The notes under the pieces were generated by a model that saw only the letters and a program-made list of their open reading frames with translations, ran no database searches and had not been told where the DNA came from. Positions 1 to 13,989 of a DNA stretch of 64,000 bases are shown piece by piece. This stretch comes from Nageia nagi (lineage: Eukaryota > Plantae > Pinophyta), in contig JBITNC010000001.1 in assembly GCA_050084985.1 (NCBI GenBank), forward strand, positions 110,484,001 through 110,548,000. Direction: 5' to 3'. Numbering within the stretch: position 1 is the first letter of the stretch; every line of letters begins with the position of its first letter. The translations under genes were made by a program, and so were the position numbers.

Positions 1-1140
1 ATATTCAATCTCTACATCCCTGTAGTTCAAAATAAGGTATCCCTCTATGTTTTTTCAATGAAATGCCTACATATTTCATACACTTTGGACAATACCAATG
101 TATTTTTTATACCCTAAACAATTCTAGAAATACCATCATGTTTCCTACTAGCCATCATATTTTATCAGTAGCACTTGGAAGTTATGAGCTTTAACTATTT
201 TAAGGTGTTTTTTTGGTGGTTTCACTCCATTTTTTATCAATCCACTTCATAGCATTTATGTTAATAAATTATAGAATATGTTTTTAACTCCTATATATTT
301 TAGATAGATCTAATAATAGAATTTTGTAACAATCCATAGTACTTATTTGTTAGTCTTGTAACTCCCATGAAGCTTGATTTCAATATCTCCTTCATTGTTA
401 TATATTGTACTTCAAATTTCTTAATGATATACTATGTTAGCATACAATTATCTCTCAAGATCCACCCTATGTATCATTACCCTTTGGCTGAGCTACAACT
501 TAGATATTTGGTGGTATATAACCTAGTGTAGGTAAAGGATAGTTCTATCTTAGTTGGTATGCTAAAAAACCAAGCAACTATGTATCTATCATCCTGCAAT
601 AGAAATCTATATATCTACAAATATCTCTAACAAAATATGTAGAATGTTATTATGATCCATTAAATATTTCATAAGATATTATATTCTATTATAAAGACTA
701 TACTGTATCTCAGGCTACATGCCTTTTAGTATGATATTTGTTCCTATCTACTCTATACTAGATATGATCATTCTATGATTGGTGTAGCTACTAGTTTTTA
801 CCTTGTAAAACTTGGCCATACTCACATGTTTATATAAATACTAATTGAGACTACTCAAGTAAAAACTTGAGCTTCTTAATCTCAGTAAGTAGTGAATCAA
901 TACTTCTTACTTGAGGGACTCATCTCTCCTCCTTCTCCTAAGGAATATCATCATGAGGTTCCTCCTCCTCTATTTGCATCTCCATATTAGGTATCTACCC
1001 CTTCTAGGGAATCTTTACATCATGGGATCCCTCTTGTACCTAGTCCTTATGAATAATTAACCCTTAGGGATATCACCAACCTACTAGTGTACTCATTACC
1101 CATCGGTAGCCTCATCATCCTCCTCCATATCAAAAGCTAA

Positions 1141-1943
1141 TGATCCAAAATTTGGATCCTTATAGTATTTGATATCAACATGTTCATTATGTTTAATGTG
1201 TTCTATTCTTTTTAGCTTTTTAACACTTCTTCAAGATCAAAAATTTGCTTCAGTTTGAGGGAGATATGTGATTTCTAAGTTTGGGTATTTTTTTATTGAA
1301 AAATACAAGAGGCATAAAAAAGAAAAGAAAAAATTAATTTTTAAGTTCCTTTTTATGTTTATTTTATTACATCATGTTTTAGAGATCATTTTCCTCTTTT
1401 TGAAACTTTTTACAATTCATAAAATCAACTTTATGATCAAAAGTTATTGCATTTTAAAGTATGCAATTTTTTTAATGAAATGGGGGGCATTTGGAGGCTA
1501 GATTGTGTGGGGGCATTTTGGAGGCTAGATTGCAAGCTACCAAGTGGCACCATATTATTGGATCCACCCAATTTATTGATATTTGCATGTTTCTAAGGTG
1601 TTGTTTTATTTTTTATTGGCTTAAAGTTCTATTTTTGGATTGAAGCTATTTTGTAATCCTATAATATTCTAGAGAGCATGATTTTTCTTGTTTGGAAGCT
1701 CATTTTAGGGGAGTTTTGTAACCATTTGAGCTCAAATCTAAACTATGGATATATAAGCCAAATGGGTATCCAAATATGGTGTTTTTGTTATTTTTCCTAG
1801 TTGTAAAATCATCCAAATTTGATCCCAAAAATTGTATAAAATGGGAGTGAATTGGATGTGCTGAGGAAGGAAGCTTGTTGGAGAGTATAGTTTAGTTTTG
1901 TGGTGTTTTTTAAATTTGAAAGTGTGTATGTGAATGTGAGGAT
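1141..1943 (+). repeat. 5' LTR, missing ~260 bp of its 3' (U5) end
   Basis: Aligns with 6141-~6897 up to GTGAATGTGAGGA, then runs directly into the PBS. Confidence 0.88.
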
Positions 1944-2125
1944 AGGTATCAGAGTATTTGATTGAATTGGGATTAACCTATATTTTATGAGGTTTGTTGT
2001 TGGGTGTTTAAAATTTTTTTTGCATGAATAGCAGATTGCAAAGTAGGAGAGGAGAAGAGGAAATTGTAGAAGGAGATCCTAAGATTGGTTCTAGAATTTG
2101 GATAAGGAATAAAAGGGAGATTAAC

Positions 2126-5100
2126 ATGGCCAATTAAGGAGGAACTAATTTAGAAAAGCAAATTACTAATCTCACCTCAATATTTCAAAAAATGTCTCTT
2201 TAATTTCAACATTTTCAAGAGCAACAAAATAAGAATACTAAAGGTGAAACTAATGAAGGTAAAAAAATGAGCAATGAGAATACAAATAGTTTCTTTCAAA
2301 AATCTCCTTTGAATCTTAAAATTAAATTTGATTTACCTAGTTTTATGGATAAGTGAATGCTAAAAAATTAGATCATTGGATTAAGCAAATTGAAGTGTAT
2401 TGTAGAATATAAAGAATTGAAAATGATGAGGATAGGATTCAATTATCAACTCTTAAGATGAGTGGAAATGCACTTATTTGGTGGGAAAGTTTTATGAAAA
2501 GTGAAATTAACTCACTTAAATAATGTTATTCTTCTTAAACTCATTTTGTATAATTGCTTAGAGATCAATTTTATGCATTGGGCTACCATCAAAAATGGTC
2601 ATGGAATGGAAAAGCTTCTATCAAGACAAGGGAAAAAATGTGTAGGAAAACACTACAAAGTTTCAAAAAAGGGATAATATGCTAGGTATTTTTCTTATTT
2701 CCCAAGACACTCTTCTAAACTATATTGGTGGTTTACATAATTATTTAAAGTATACTTTATTGATTTTTAATCCAATTGATTTGGATAAAGTTTGTGTACA
2801 AGCCACACACTTAGAAGAAAGAGGGGAATTCATTAAATAAGGGAAAAAGAAAAATGCTTCTAATACTAATAATTATGAAAAGAACAAGGAAAAAAAGAAG
2901 GAGAAAAATAAACTACATATACTACAAAAAAAGAAAAGTCTAAAGATGTTTGTACTCATTGTAAAAAGGAAGGTCATTTAGAGGCTAAGTGTTGGAAACT
3001 GCATCCTAAATTATGCCCTAAACCTAAAGGTTAAAAGAAATAAGAACATACTATTGCTAAAGAAATTGAAGATGGTTTTGAAATAGATGAGAAAATAGCA
3101 TGTATGGTCTTGCATAATTCATCTAATGAAGATGAAGAAAAGAAGAAAATTGAACTTTTTCACATTAAGGTACAAGCTAAGAAAATAAGGGTTGGTACAT
3201 TGTTTGATCTTGGTTCACAAGCGAACCTAATTTATGAGGAATATGTAAGATCACTTGCACTCACTACTCAACCACATCTACACCCCTATCCATTGGGATG
3301 GGTTCATAAAAAGTCTAAGTTGGAGGTAACTAGACAATGCCAATTGAAATTTGGGATTAACAAGGATTACATTGATGAGATTTTACTTGATGTTGTACCT
3401 TTGGATATTTATGGGATTGTGCTTGGAAGTCCTTATTTATGGGATAGAGATGATTTATTATATAGAATGGAAAATAAATGTAGACTCATAACAGATGTAG
3501 TTGAATACATAGTTAATGCTCATCAAAATAAGAAAAATAATATTTCTTTGATTACTACAAGATAAGCAAAAAGAATGATTAATACAAGATAAATTTTTAC
3601 ACTTGCAAAAAGTTAAGTTCTTTACAAAACATGATTTAAGGAATGGTTATCATCAAGTACAGGTTAAAGAAGAGGTTGTTTAAAAAATTGCTTTTAAACC
3701 TAGGTAAGGATTATTTAAATGGTTGGTTTTACCATTTGGTTTATGTAATGCTCCTACTACTTTTATGAGAGTTATGAATAAGGTTTTTACATCTTTAATT
3801 TATGATTATTTTTTTATTTTGTATCTTGATGATATTCTCATTTATACAAATGATTGGGATGATCATAAGGTGCATATTTGTGACATTTTTGAAGTGTTAA
3901 GGGAATCTGAACTCTATTTGAAGATGTCTAAATGTGAGTTTGTTAAGAAAAGTTTAATCTATCTTAGCCACATGGTAGGTGAAGGTTAATTGAGGATAGA
4001 TCATATAAAAGTTGAGGTTGTGTCAAAATAGCCAACTCTCAATAATGTGACTAAAACTAGGATTTTTCTTAGAGCTATGTAATATTTACAAAAATTTATT
4101 GCTAACATTTCTATAATGCTTTTTCCACTCCATGCTATTACATGAAAGAGTCATGGATTTTAATGGGGAGGAAAATAACAACATGTTTTTGATTTTCTTA
4201 AGAATAAAATTAGTAATGCTCTAGTGGTTGCTTTACCTAATATTCAAAAGCCTTTTAAAATTGAAACTACTGCAAGTGACTATGCTATGGGTGCAATTCT
4301 ATTGCAGGAAAGACATTTGGTTTGTTACCACTCAAAAATGTTTAATAGTGTAGTAAGAAACTATCCCACTTATGACAAAGTGTTATTTGGATTAGTTCAA
4401 AGTGTGAAGAAATGGAAATATTATTTGGTTGGTAAAGAGAAAATAATTCATATAGATTATTAACCCGTATAGTATTTACAATCACAATCTAAATTGCAAC
4501 AATCTAGACAATTTTGTTAGATGGGATTTTTGCAACAATTTCATTTGGTCATTAGATATAAAAAAGATTCTCAAAATAAGATTAATGACATGTTGTCTAA
4601 AACACCAATAGTGGAAACTATTGTTATTATGCAAAATAGTTCTTTGATGCATGAGGGTTATAAAGAATAGTATGTTGATGATCCTAATTTCCAAATCATA
4701 TATCATAAATTGAGTCATGGTAATGATGTTGGAAATATTGACTTTCATGTGCATGATGGATTACTTTATCATTTAAGAAAACTTTGTATTCCTATTAGTG
4801 AGAGGAATGATTTGATTAGAGAAAATCACACTTCTCATATTTTAGGACACTTTAGTGTTGGTAAGAATCTTGCTAATTTGTAAAGATATTGTTATTAGCC
4901 TAAAATGAAATAACATGTATCCAGGTATATCAAAGGTTGTATGTTATGCAGTGTTAGCAAACCTAGTAATAGGAAGTTGGGTCTTTATATCCCATTGTCT
5001 ATTCCTACAAGACCATGGGAGAGTATTTGTATGGATTTTATTAGAGGTTTACCTATTTCTAAGAGAGTAAATGATTATTTATTTATGGTTTTGGATAGAT

Positions 5101-6100
5101 TCAATAAAATATGCATACTAATTTCATGTAAAAAGACTATGATAAGTTAGGAGAATGCTAATCTCTTCTTTACTCATGTGTGGGTACATTTTGGTCTTCC
5201 TACTTCTATCATTTCTGATAGGTATTCTAGGTTTCTTGGTAAATTTTAGACTACTTTATGGGGAAAGATGGATACTAAGCTAAAGAGAAGTACAACATTC
5301 CATCTACAAATAGATGGGCAAACATAAGTGGTAAATAGGATATTGGTACACCTTTTATAAGATTATTATGGCAAGCATCCTAATACTTGGGATGAGAATT
5401 TAAGTTATATACAACATGCATATAATTGACCTATACACTCTTCTACTAACAAATCACCTTTTGAAACATGTTTTGGTTATTCTACAAAGTCACATTTCGA
5501 TATGGCCTTTGGTGATGGAGATAGTATTCTTCATAGTGAGGAGGATTGGGCAAATAATTTTATTGAGAGGATTAGGTTGATTCATTAGAAGTTGAAGGAA
5601 CAATTGGAGAAGATTCAAGAAAAGTACAAAGAGATGCATAATCTTTATAGAGTGGATCACAAATTTTAGGTTAGAGATTAAGTATAGCTTCATCTTAGCA
5701 ATGAAAGACAACATGGTAAGGGTAAAAAGTTGAAATTGATAAGGTTTGGGCCTTTTACAATCATTGATCAAGTTGGAGATAATGCATTTCAGTTAGAACT
5801 ACCACCTTATATATATATATATATTTATTCTATTATTATTATGGACAATTTAAGGTTGTATGCACTAGCCTTGGTTTCAGAAGATACAAGTGTCATGTTG
5901 CCATCCATAGAGGATTTATCCCCTAACCACATGAGTGTTCTAGTTGAAGATGTAGTATTGGAAAAAAAAGGAGATCATTTCATAGTAGTGAACATGAGGT
6001 GTGGCATATTGGATTAAAGGGCCAACACCCATATAAGGTCAATTGGTATGCATTTGATCAAGTGAGGGAACTCTATCCTCACCTTATTCCACCATCCTAA
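2126..6100 (+). pseudogene. gag-pol pseudogene (stops, frameshifts, internal RT deletion)
   Basis: Zinc knuckle CTHCKKEGHLEAKC at 2951-2992, protease LFDLGSQANLI, RT DLRNGYHQ / PFGLCNAP / YLDD, RNase H ETTASDYAMGA, integrase H..H..C..C and PWESICMDF, and a GPF motif. Confidence 0.92.
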
Positions 6101-6140
6101 GTGCTTTTCGGGTCAAAGGCTCTCTCTAAGTAGGGAGGAA

Positions 6141-7156
6141 TGATCCAAAATTTGGATCCTTATAGTATATATTATTGACATATTTAGTATTTTTAATGTG
6201 TTTTATCATTATTAGCTTTCTTATGCTTCTTCTAAGTTTGGGTATTTTTTATTAAAAAATACAAGAGGTACAAAAAAGAAAAATAAAAGTAATTTTTCAA
6301 GGCCCTATTTATGTTATTTTATTAATCATGTTGTAGATCTCATTTTTCTCTCTTTGACACTTTTTACAATTCATGAAACTAACTTCATGATCAAAAGTTA
6401 TTACATTTTGAAGTATGTAATTTTTTTAATGAAATGGGGGACATTTGGAGGCCAGATTGCATGGGGGCATTTTGGAGGCCAAATTGCAAGCTGCCAAGTG
6501 GCACCATATTATTGAAATCACCTAATTTATTGATATTTGCATGTTTCTAAGGTGTTGTTTTATTTTTTTATTAGCTTAAAGTCCTATTTTTAGGTTGAAT
6601 CTATTTTGTAATCTTGTAATATTCCAAAGAGCATGATTTTTCTTGTTTGAAAGCTCATATTAGGAGAGTTTTGTAACCATTTGAGCTCAAATATGAAATG
6701 TAGATAGATGAGCCAAATGGGTATCCAAATATGGTGTTTTGTTATTTTTCCTAGTTGTTAAACTATCCAAATTTGATCCCAAAAATTGTATACAAAGGGA
6801 GCAAGTTGAATGTGTTAAGGGAGGAAGCTTTTTGGAGAGTATAGTTCAATTTTTTGGTGTTGTTCAGAGCTAAAAGAGTGTATGTGAATGTGAGGAGAGA
6901 TGTTATAAGATTGTAAAGGTATTATGTATTTGAATTCCATCCACTATTGAAGAGAGATTTTATTGCTGGATGTATCCCACACTGGGTGAACCAAGGTAGA
7001 TTCGTTTATCTCTATGTGTTTGGAATTCTATTTTTTTCTCTAGTTTTGCATATATTCTCTCTAATTTTTTCTTTGCAAGCACTTAATGAGATTTGAGTTT
7101 GGAATGATCCTAGAAGAGAATTAATGTTAAATTTTAATTCTATGGTTCATGGATCA
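6141..7156 (+). repeat. 3' LTR (~1016 bp)
   Basis: TGATCC...GGATCA terminal inverted repeat, preceded by the PPT. Confidence 0.9.
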
Positions 7157-8250
7157 ACTATCCAAGAATAATAAACCTCTATCACACCAACATCATCATC
7201 ATTTCCCTCCCTTCTAGACCCTCATGACTAGTAGGATTAGACTCAACATAAATAAGAGGCTCTAGTCCATCTATTCAGATAGTATTCTCAGTTGAAATCT
7301 CATAGGATCAAGAGGTACATCCTATATTAATCCAAATTTCCATATCACATAATCAAACTAAAAATATATTAGAAACTCTATATGATGAGCATTAAGTACT
7401 CACCCCTAATGGATGCTCGATAACTTCTTTTCCATCTCCTTTGATAGTGAAAATTATCTATAAGGAGTAAATATTACATGATCAAGAATTAGGTGACTCA
7501 ATACCCCTTGATAATAACTAAGATCATAATGTACACCATTTGTAGGCCTATTATAATAATCATCTCTCCACCTCCTAATGCTTACATCATATGAAGCTAT
7601 ATCAGTAAACCTTAAGTTAGATAGCCCATTAGGGTATGCTATAGCAAAGTGCTTATACACCCAAGCCTATAGGATAATAGTCACTACCAATGAAGCCCTT
7701 TGAACCTTAGTATGAAAGAAAATGTCTTTATAGCACTATGCCAATAATATGGGTGCCCATGCAAAGACAATACAATCCCATGCTCAACCATGTGATAATG
7801 ACCTGAATCAATGACCAAGGAAAATGATCATTACTAGTATCCAAAAGGGTATAACATTGGATCAATCCCATTAAGTATGAAAATTAGATCCATCATTATG
7901 AATCCTCTCTCCATAGCTAGAATAATCTAATACCTCTCAAGATAATCTCATGCATAATGCCTACTATCCTGTCTACACTATAAAGATATGAAATGGTGAT
8001 CTAAGGATCATTACTATCAAAAATGTATTAGATACATTGACCATAAATGTATAGTTGATAGAGATGATAAATATTCTCTATTGTAATCATCATCTCCCTT
8101 GTAGGGAGATGAAGATGGAGGTTATAGGATCTCATTGCTCAAGCAAGGGTGGTACTAAGGAATAATCCCAATGAATATGGCCCATGTAGGTTTTAACACC
8201 AAATATTTTGGCCTTAAGGAAGTCAAGGTCCTCATAAAATAAATATCATC
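7157..8250 (-). pseudogene. Plant mobile domain (PMD, MAIN/MAIL-like) pseudogene, probably TE-borne; continues on the far side of the LTR element (<1140)
   Basis: Minus-strand translation gives FHLPTREMMITIENIYHL (PMD FHLPxGEMTITLxDV), VFAWAPILLA..YKDI (YSWGxAxLAxLY) and L*AWVYKHF (LQxWxWEHF). An acidic low-complexity tail continues at 1140-900. Confidence 0.8.
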
Positions 8251-8723
8251 ATCCCTTGACCAATATTGAGGGATATCATCCCTTAGGATCTAAGGCATCC
8301 CTAACCTATAAATTTAAAATTTTAAAATAATATTAATGAGTGATACATTAATCCTATAAGCTTAACATGATAAAAATAAATATTCTTAAAATGAAATAAT
8401 AAAATCTATTAATTAATTTATTTTACAAAAAATAAATACAACATAAGAGAATCATTGATGATTCTATAAAACTTTATCAAAGTCATCAACATCCACTAGC
8501 TAAATGTTAGCAACTCTATAAACCTTAGGCATAGGGAAGAGACCTCACAACCAAAAATTCCAAAAACTCTAAAATACCTAAAATTGACCCAAAATGATAA
8601 AATAAAAACTTAAAAAATATCTACGATTAACAATAAATATTTCTATGATTTTTTTTTTAATTTTAGCCTAAAACTAGTACATTTTAGCAAAAAAATAAAA
8701 AGACAAATTTTAAAAACCCTACC

Positions 8724-9456
8724 TATAGACCTCAAAATTGTAATCATTAGTAAACACAAATAAATAAATGGCCTATGAATATATAATGATTATACAATAA
8801 TATGCTCTATATTAGATCATAACAAATATACATGAAACACATAAACCTTATACAAAGTGAGTATATTTATACAATCCTCAAAACCAAATGATAATGAGTC
8901 TTCATAGAATTAAGATTAGCTTTAAGATGAGCTTGTAATAGATATTCATAAGAGTGAAGAAATGATTCAAACACCAAAATCTAGATCTCTTGATCTAAAT
9001 GATGTATGCTACTAGCAATGTGAGAGCAGAACACTGCTAGTTACATGAATCTAAATGTTTTATGTAGTGCATAAGAGAGAGAAGTTCAAAGCTCAGAGTA
9101 TAACAAATTCTCAATGATAGGTGGCATCCAAAGACACCATTATAGTTTACAACCACCTATTAGAGTTCTTTGTCATATCAAAAGATTCCAATCTATGGAA
9201 GCCAACCTATTCCTCCCATATTTCTAACATGCAAATGATATAAGGATTGAGTTTGATTTCAATAATAATAATCTTTGCCATATTCAAGATAACTTAAAAT
9301 ATAAACCATGGTAAATGATATTGCATTGGTCCTAGCACATGGTATTACATTATAATATTAATTTTATCTTAATTTATGTATTATATGCATTTAATCATTT
9401 AAGAAGTCCAAATATGGTTTATTAAATAAATAATAAATCATTTTTAGGCATCTACA
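8724..9456 (-). mobile_element. Solo LTR (TGTAGA...TCTA[C/T]A family), same family as the LTRs at 58581 and 61377
   Basis: The reverse complement matches TGTAGATGCCTAAAAATGATTTATTATT at 61377. Flanked by a perfect 5-bp direct repeat CTACC (8719-8723, 9457-9461). Confidence 0.85.
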
Positions 9457-11469
9457 CTACCTCTTCTCTAATTGGCCTTATCTTGGTAGTCATTCTTCTC
9501 TTGGGTGGCATCCCAACTCTTTGAAAGTGATAACATGGGAATATAGTAGGTCAAAAGAAAAAATCTCATATGGAAATGAAACAAACAAAAGTAGCTTTGA
9601 GGAAATTTCAAAAGTAAAATATGAAAATGACTTGGAAAATTTTTATTTATAAAACCCTCATCAATGGACATTAAAATTTGAATTAAAGTTATCAATGATT
9701 AAATTTAAAAGTCAACTATTCTAGATAAATGCTAACAAATCAAAAAATAAAGTTAAAATTTATAAAAACTACCTATATTTGGTTATTTTCTCAATAATTG
9801 AGCATTGTTCAAAATAACTAATTTGAAGTACATATCAAAGTTGAAAAGTTTCAATCATGAATAAATATAATATAATGATCTTTTGCAAATTATCATCATG
9901 AGACCCATTCTACTAGGATAAGAGAAGAATAATCAAAGCTAACTTGTATACATAAAGGAAACATCATGTCACATACCTACCTCAAAATATCATATGGAGA
10001 TGAACCAAAGTATCATCATATACCTATCTAAAATAATAGCTTACAAAAATTAATATAAGCTTCACTTTGATGTACAATACAATTATTGTTAAAACATATC
10101 AATTACAAATATAAAAATCCTATTTAATCATGGTTTAACTGATCAAATTTACCTTATTTTAAGAATAAATTATTTATAACATCACCAAAAACTAAAATTT
10201 GCATGTTAAGAAACTTTTGCATATCAACCTATCTTGAAATTTTCTAAATTATCTTCTATATGCATCAGTGGATAATCCAAAAAAGGGAAAAATATAGACA
10301 TCAAAATATGACCCTTCTTATGGACCATTTAAATGGAAATGATTTTAAATCATATGATATTCATTTAAATATTATTTAAAAAAAATTAAACTAGGTGTAT
10401 AAGTCTCTAGTGTTCACTATCCAATTAAGAGAAATTGATTTAGAATATCAAGATTCATATATTAGATATTAAAAATTATATAAATAAAAAATGAGTTATT
10501 AGAATGAATCATTATAAAAATCTCCAAATTAGGGATGATTCATGGGTCAATCCACAAATTGTAGTGCATTATCACCCCAATTTAGATCTAGAAAGGCTAC
10601 ATTATCAAATGTTGTACCTGATAAATCTAAGTTTTTAATAACCCTTGCATCCTATAAATACATAGATACATATAAAGAGATCCTATTTTGAATATACCTA
10701 TGCTGAAATTCGACCAAAAATGAGTTCACATATAAGTATTTTGATTTAATTTTGGATATCACATTGATACTTTTAGTTATGATATATTTTGTTATCTAAT
10801 ATATAAGCATATATTAATATGTTGTATAAGCATGTGTGTAGGATCCACATATGTTGAGCATTGGAAGTTAATATCATATTGAGACAAAAGTGATTATAAT
10901 CCAAATCTCAATAAAATTAAAAATTAATCAAAATAGAGTACATTAAATTTTGTAGAATCTAAAAAATCAAAATTGTCAAATATTTATCATCATACACCAA
11001 TGACTTATTATAATTATTAGTGACTTAATGGTAGATGTTGACAATCCAATCATAGAGTAGAACAAAATAGAAAAACACAATTTTGGAAAAACCCCATATA
11101 GGTATTTTGAATTTACAAATTCGAGCATTATATGACTATTTGAGGTCACCATAAAAGAGCAATAAAATTATCATTTTTTAATAATATAATTTATTTTATT
11201 TGATAATAGGGTTGCCTTTTTGGGTGTACAATATTGGCACATGCAACTTATCTATTATTGGCTCCATATTTATTGAGATATCCTCAACTTGTTATTTCTT
11301 TCTTTTAATTTTTTTAAAAATAGTACCACTTTATATCTTATCAAGTTGGTAATTTTCATTTATGAGGATATATCAACATTAAGAAATAAGATAGTATGGA
11401 AGTATAACATGTATTCAATCTAGTAAGATGTTAAATGTTATAACTACAAAATTTAGCCTATATAACATC

Positions 11470-12030
11470 AACCATAGAGTCAAACCTTGGTGTATTTTTT
11501 TATTTTTTTTCTCATTCTAATTTTATTACTAACTCTACTACCCATGTTAGACATAGAGTCAAGCTTGGCATTAGGAAAACATAATGAAAGAGTCAAGCAT
11601 AATGTCAGGGGCATCAAAAATAGAGTTAGACATCATGTGTAGAAGAGTTAGCCATAGAATCAATTCAAATTTAGTCATAGAGTCAAAAAAGCTATAAGAT
11701 AAAGTCAGCCATAAAGTTATAATAAAGTAAAAAAAGCTACGAGGTAGAGTCAGGCATAGCATTAGAATAAAATCGAAAAAGCTTTAAGGTAGAGTCAATC
11801 ATAGAGTTAGAATAGAGGTAGAAGAGGTATAATGTAAAGTTAGCCATAGAGTCATTTGAGAGTCAATTTTAGAGTCAATTTGGAGTCAATTTTAAAGTCC
11901 ATTTAGATTCAATTTTAGAGTCAATTTAGATTCAACTTTAGAGTCAGATTAGATTCAATTTTAAAGTTAATTTAGATTTTGTTTAGATTCAATTTGAGTC
12001 AATGTAGATTCAATTTTAGAGTTAGAATTC
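11470..12030 (+). repeat. Left subterminal repeat cluster (ATAGAGTCA / TTTAGAGTCAAT units)
   Basis: Many degenerate ~10-12 bp units; the same motif recurs at 13905-13960 and 20695-21025. Confidence 0.75.
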
Positions 12031-12324
12031 CACTTCTAAAAATGGCTATTATTAATGCAATTTTATGTATTTTTTTAATACATACATACAATTATAAATT
12101 ACATACATACTTTAATATATACCAAATTCTTATCTAATTTTAAAAATAAATTAAATTCATTCATACATACATATATACATACATTGATAAATTTAAGTAC
12201 TATAGACATATATTTCAAACACATAATATTGTACCAAATGTCTCAAAATCAAAGTAGTAATGCATTCATAAATATTAATTATATATCAAGTTCAAATTGT
12301 ATCAACAAAGTACAATATCAATCA

Positions 12325-13030
12325 TCATCTAAGTTAATGGGGTCATCATTCTCCTTAGGGATAGATTCCTCCTCCAGAGGCTCAGCATTGGCAATTGCAT
12401 TTTCCTGTAACTATATTTCTTGAGTGACTCGTTCAATGTTTAGAAAATCTACAAGCTATTTCCTCTTTGGTAGGAAGTCTACCAAATTGATTATACTGCA
12501 AGAAATAAATAAATGATATATTAGAACTTACAAATTAATATTTAGCTATAAATTTTAAAAAAGAAAATTTAAACATGTCAATAAATATAATATACTTACA
12601 AAGTATGCCTCGAATCCCCCTTTCCCACCATATCTGATCTTGTGAGTGAAATAGGCTAAAGCAGACCTAAAGTGAGAAGATGACACCTTCTCCTATTGTG
12701 AAGGCTCACTAATGGATTATCTATGTTCTTCCACTTGTGATACCACTCTGACTAAAGAAGTAATCAATTATATTACATATTAGAATAAAATAAAATAAAA
12801 TACGACATTAAAATAAACTATGATATTTGCATCCATTCAGTAAAATATATTAAAATTATTTTATATATGTATATTATATTATTTATTTATATAGTTAGTT
12901 GCATAAAAAAATTAAAAGTTTTATAATATTAAATTTATTTATCGATTAATTTATTTTTGAAAAATGTTTGATGGAATGATAGACATTTAGGTTCTTGCCT
13001 TCCCCTGACTGCCATTGTAGTTATGCTACT
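12325..13030 (-). pseudogene. Spliced gene relic, possibly TnpA/Transposase_24-like, divergent from the transposase
   Basis: GC-richer blocks bounded by minus-strand splice signals (donor GTAAGT ~12599, acceptor TTGCAG ~12497). Exon 12600-12751 reads ...FTHKIRYGGKGGFEAYF. Confidence 0.4.
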
Positions 13031-13989
13031 CGATGTAATAATTTAATTTAATTTAATTATACAAAATTATAATATAATTTAATTTAAACTTAAAATTCAT
13101 TTTTTTAATTTAATATTTTATAGTTAATTTAATTTATAACTAATTAAAAAATAATAATTTTAATTTAATTTATGACTAATTAAAAAAATAAAAAATAAAA
13201 AAATTTATGCTATCAATTACATTATAGAATTTCCAATTATAGAATTTCTAAAATCAAAGAAGAAGAATTTCAAAAATCAAGAGAGAAGAGAGTATAGAAT
13301 TTCAAATTACATTTGGTATGTTGTTTCTAATTTATAAGTTTTCTAGTTAAATTATGAGAATTTTTGTAATTAGGGTTTTATTTGTGCTTGGTAGGTTTCA
13401 AATTTCTTGATTGGGGTTTAAATTTTAGTGGGGTTTTGCAAAATTAGTTGATTTTAGCTAAACTTAAGTGTGTTTTTGCTAAATTTTAGTGGGTTTTAGC
13501 TAAATTTATTAAAACTAAAAAAATTTAGGAAAAACCCTAGCTTGCAACTATTGAAATCATGAAAACCTGCAAAATTTGACAAAAACTACAAAAAATCTAT
13601 TGAAGAATAATGCCTTTCTTCAAGAAATTTCAAAATACAACATTAAATATCTAAAACCCTACAAATTTTAGCTTTTTATACTAAAAATGTAAAAAAAAAA
13701 AAAAGAAAAGAAGAAGAAAAACCTATAAAATGAAAGAATGGTTGGACAAATTTGGTTGATCACCCAAATCACCTTTGGAAGCCTTAAAAAAACTCCCTCC
13801 ACTACCAACTCATACTTTTGGGTGAGAATGGATGAAATAAAACAAATAGTAAAAGAGATAGTGATGTTTGGTGAGGCCATTTTTTAATTTGCAAGTGATT
13901 TTTAGCTCTATTTCTGACTCCCTATGGAGTTAGACATAGAGTCAATTATAGAGTTATTAAAAGAAATAATATTTAAAAAATATTAATGA

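Larger units (their letters stand above)
1141..7156 (+). mobile_element. Ty3/gypsy LTR retrotransposon, CRM-like chromovirus, decayed
   Basis: Two LTRs both start TGATCCAAAATTTGGATCC (1141, 6141), and the 3' LTR ends GGATCA (7156). PBS-Met remnant ggtatcagag lies at ~1945 and PPT tagggaggaa at 6131-6140. Domain order is gag-PR-RT-RH-INT. Protease-region motifs (HPYPLGW, DVVPLD..GIVLGSPYLWDRD) resemble the CRM clade. The TSD is degenerate (gctaa/actat). Confidence 0.93.

Noticed and set aside
11300-11520. Left CACTA terminal inverted repeat
   Set aside because: No convincing CACTA terminus or 3-bp TSD found; element boundaries remain approximate.
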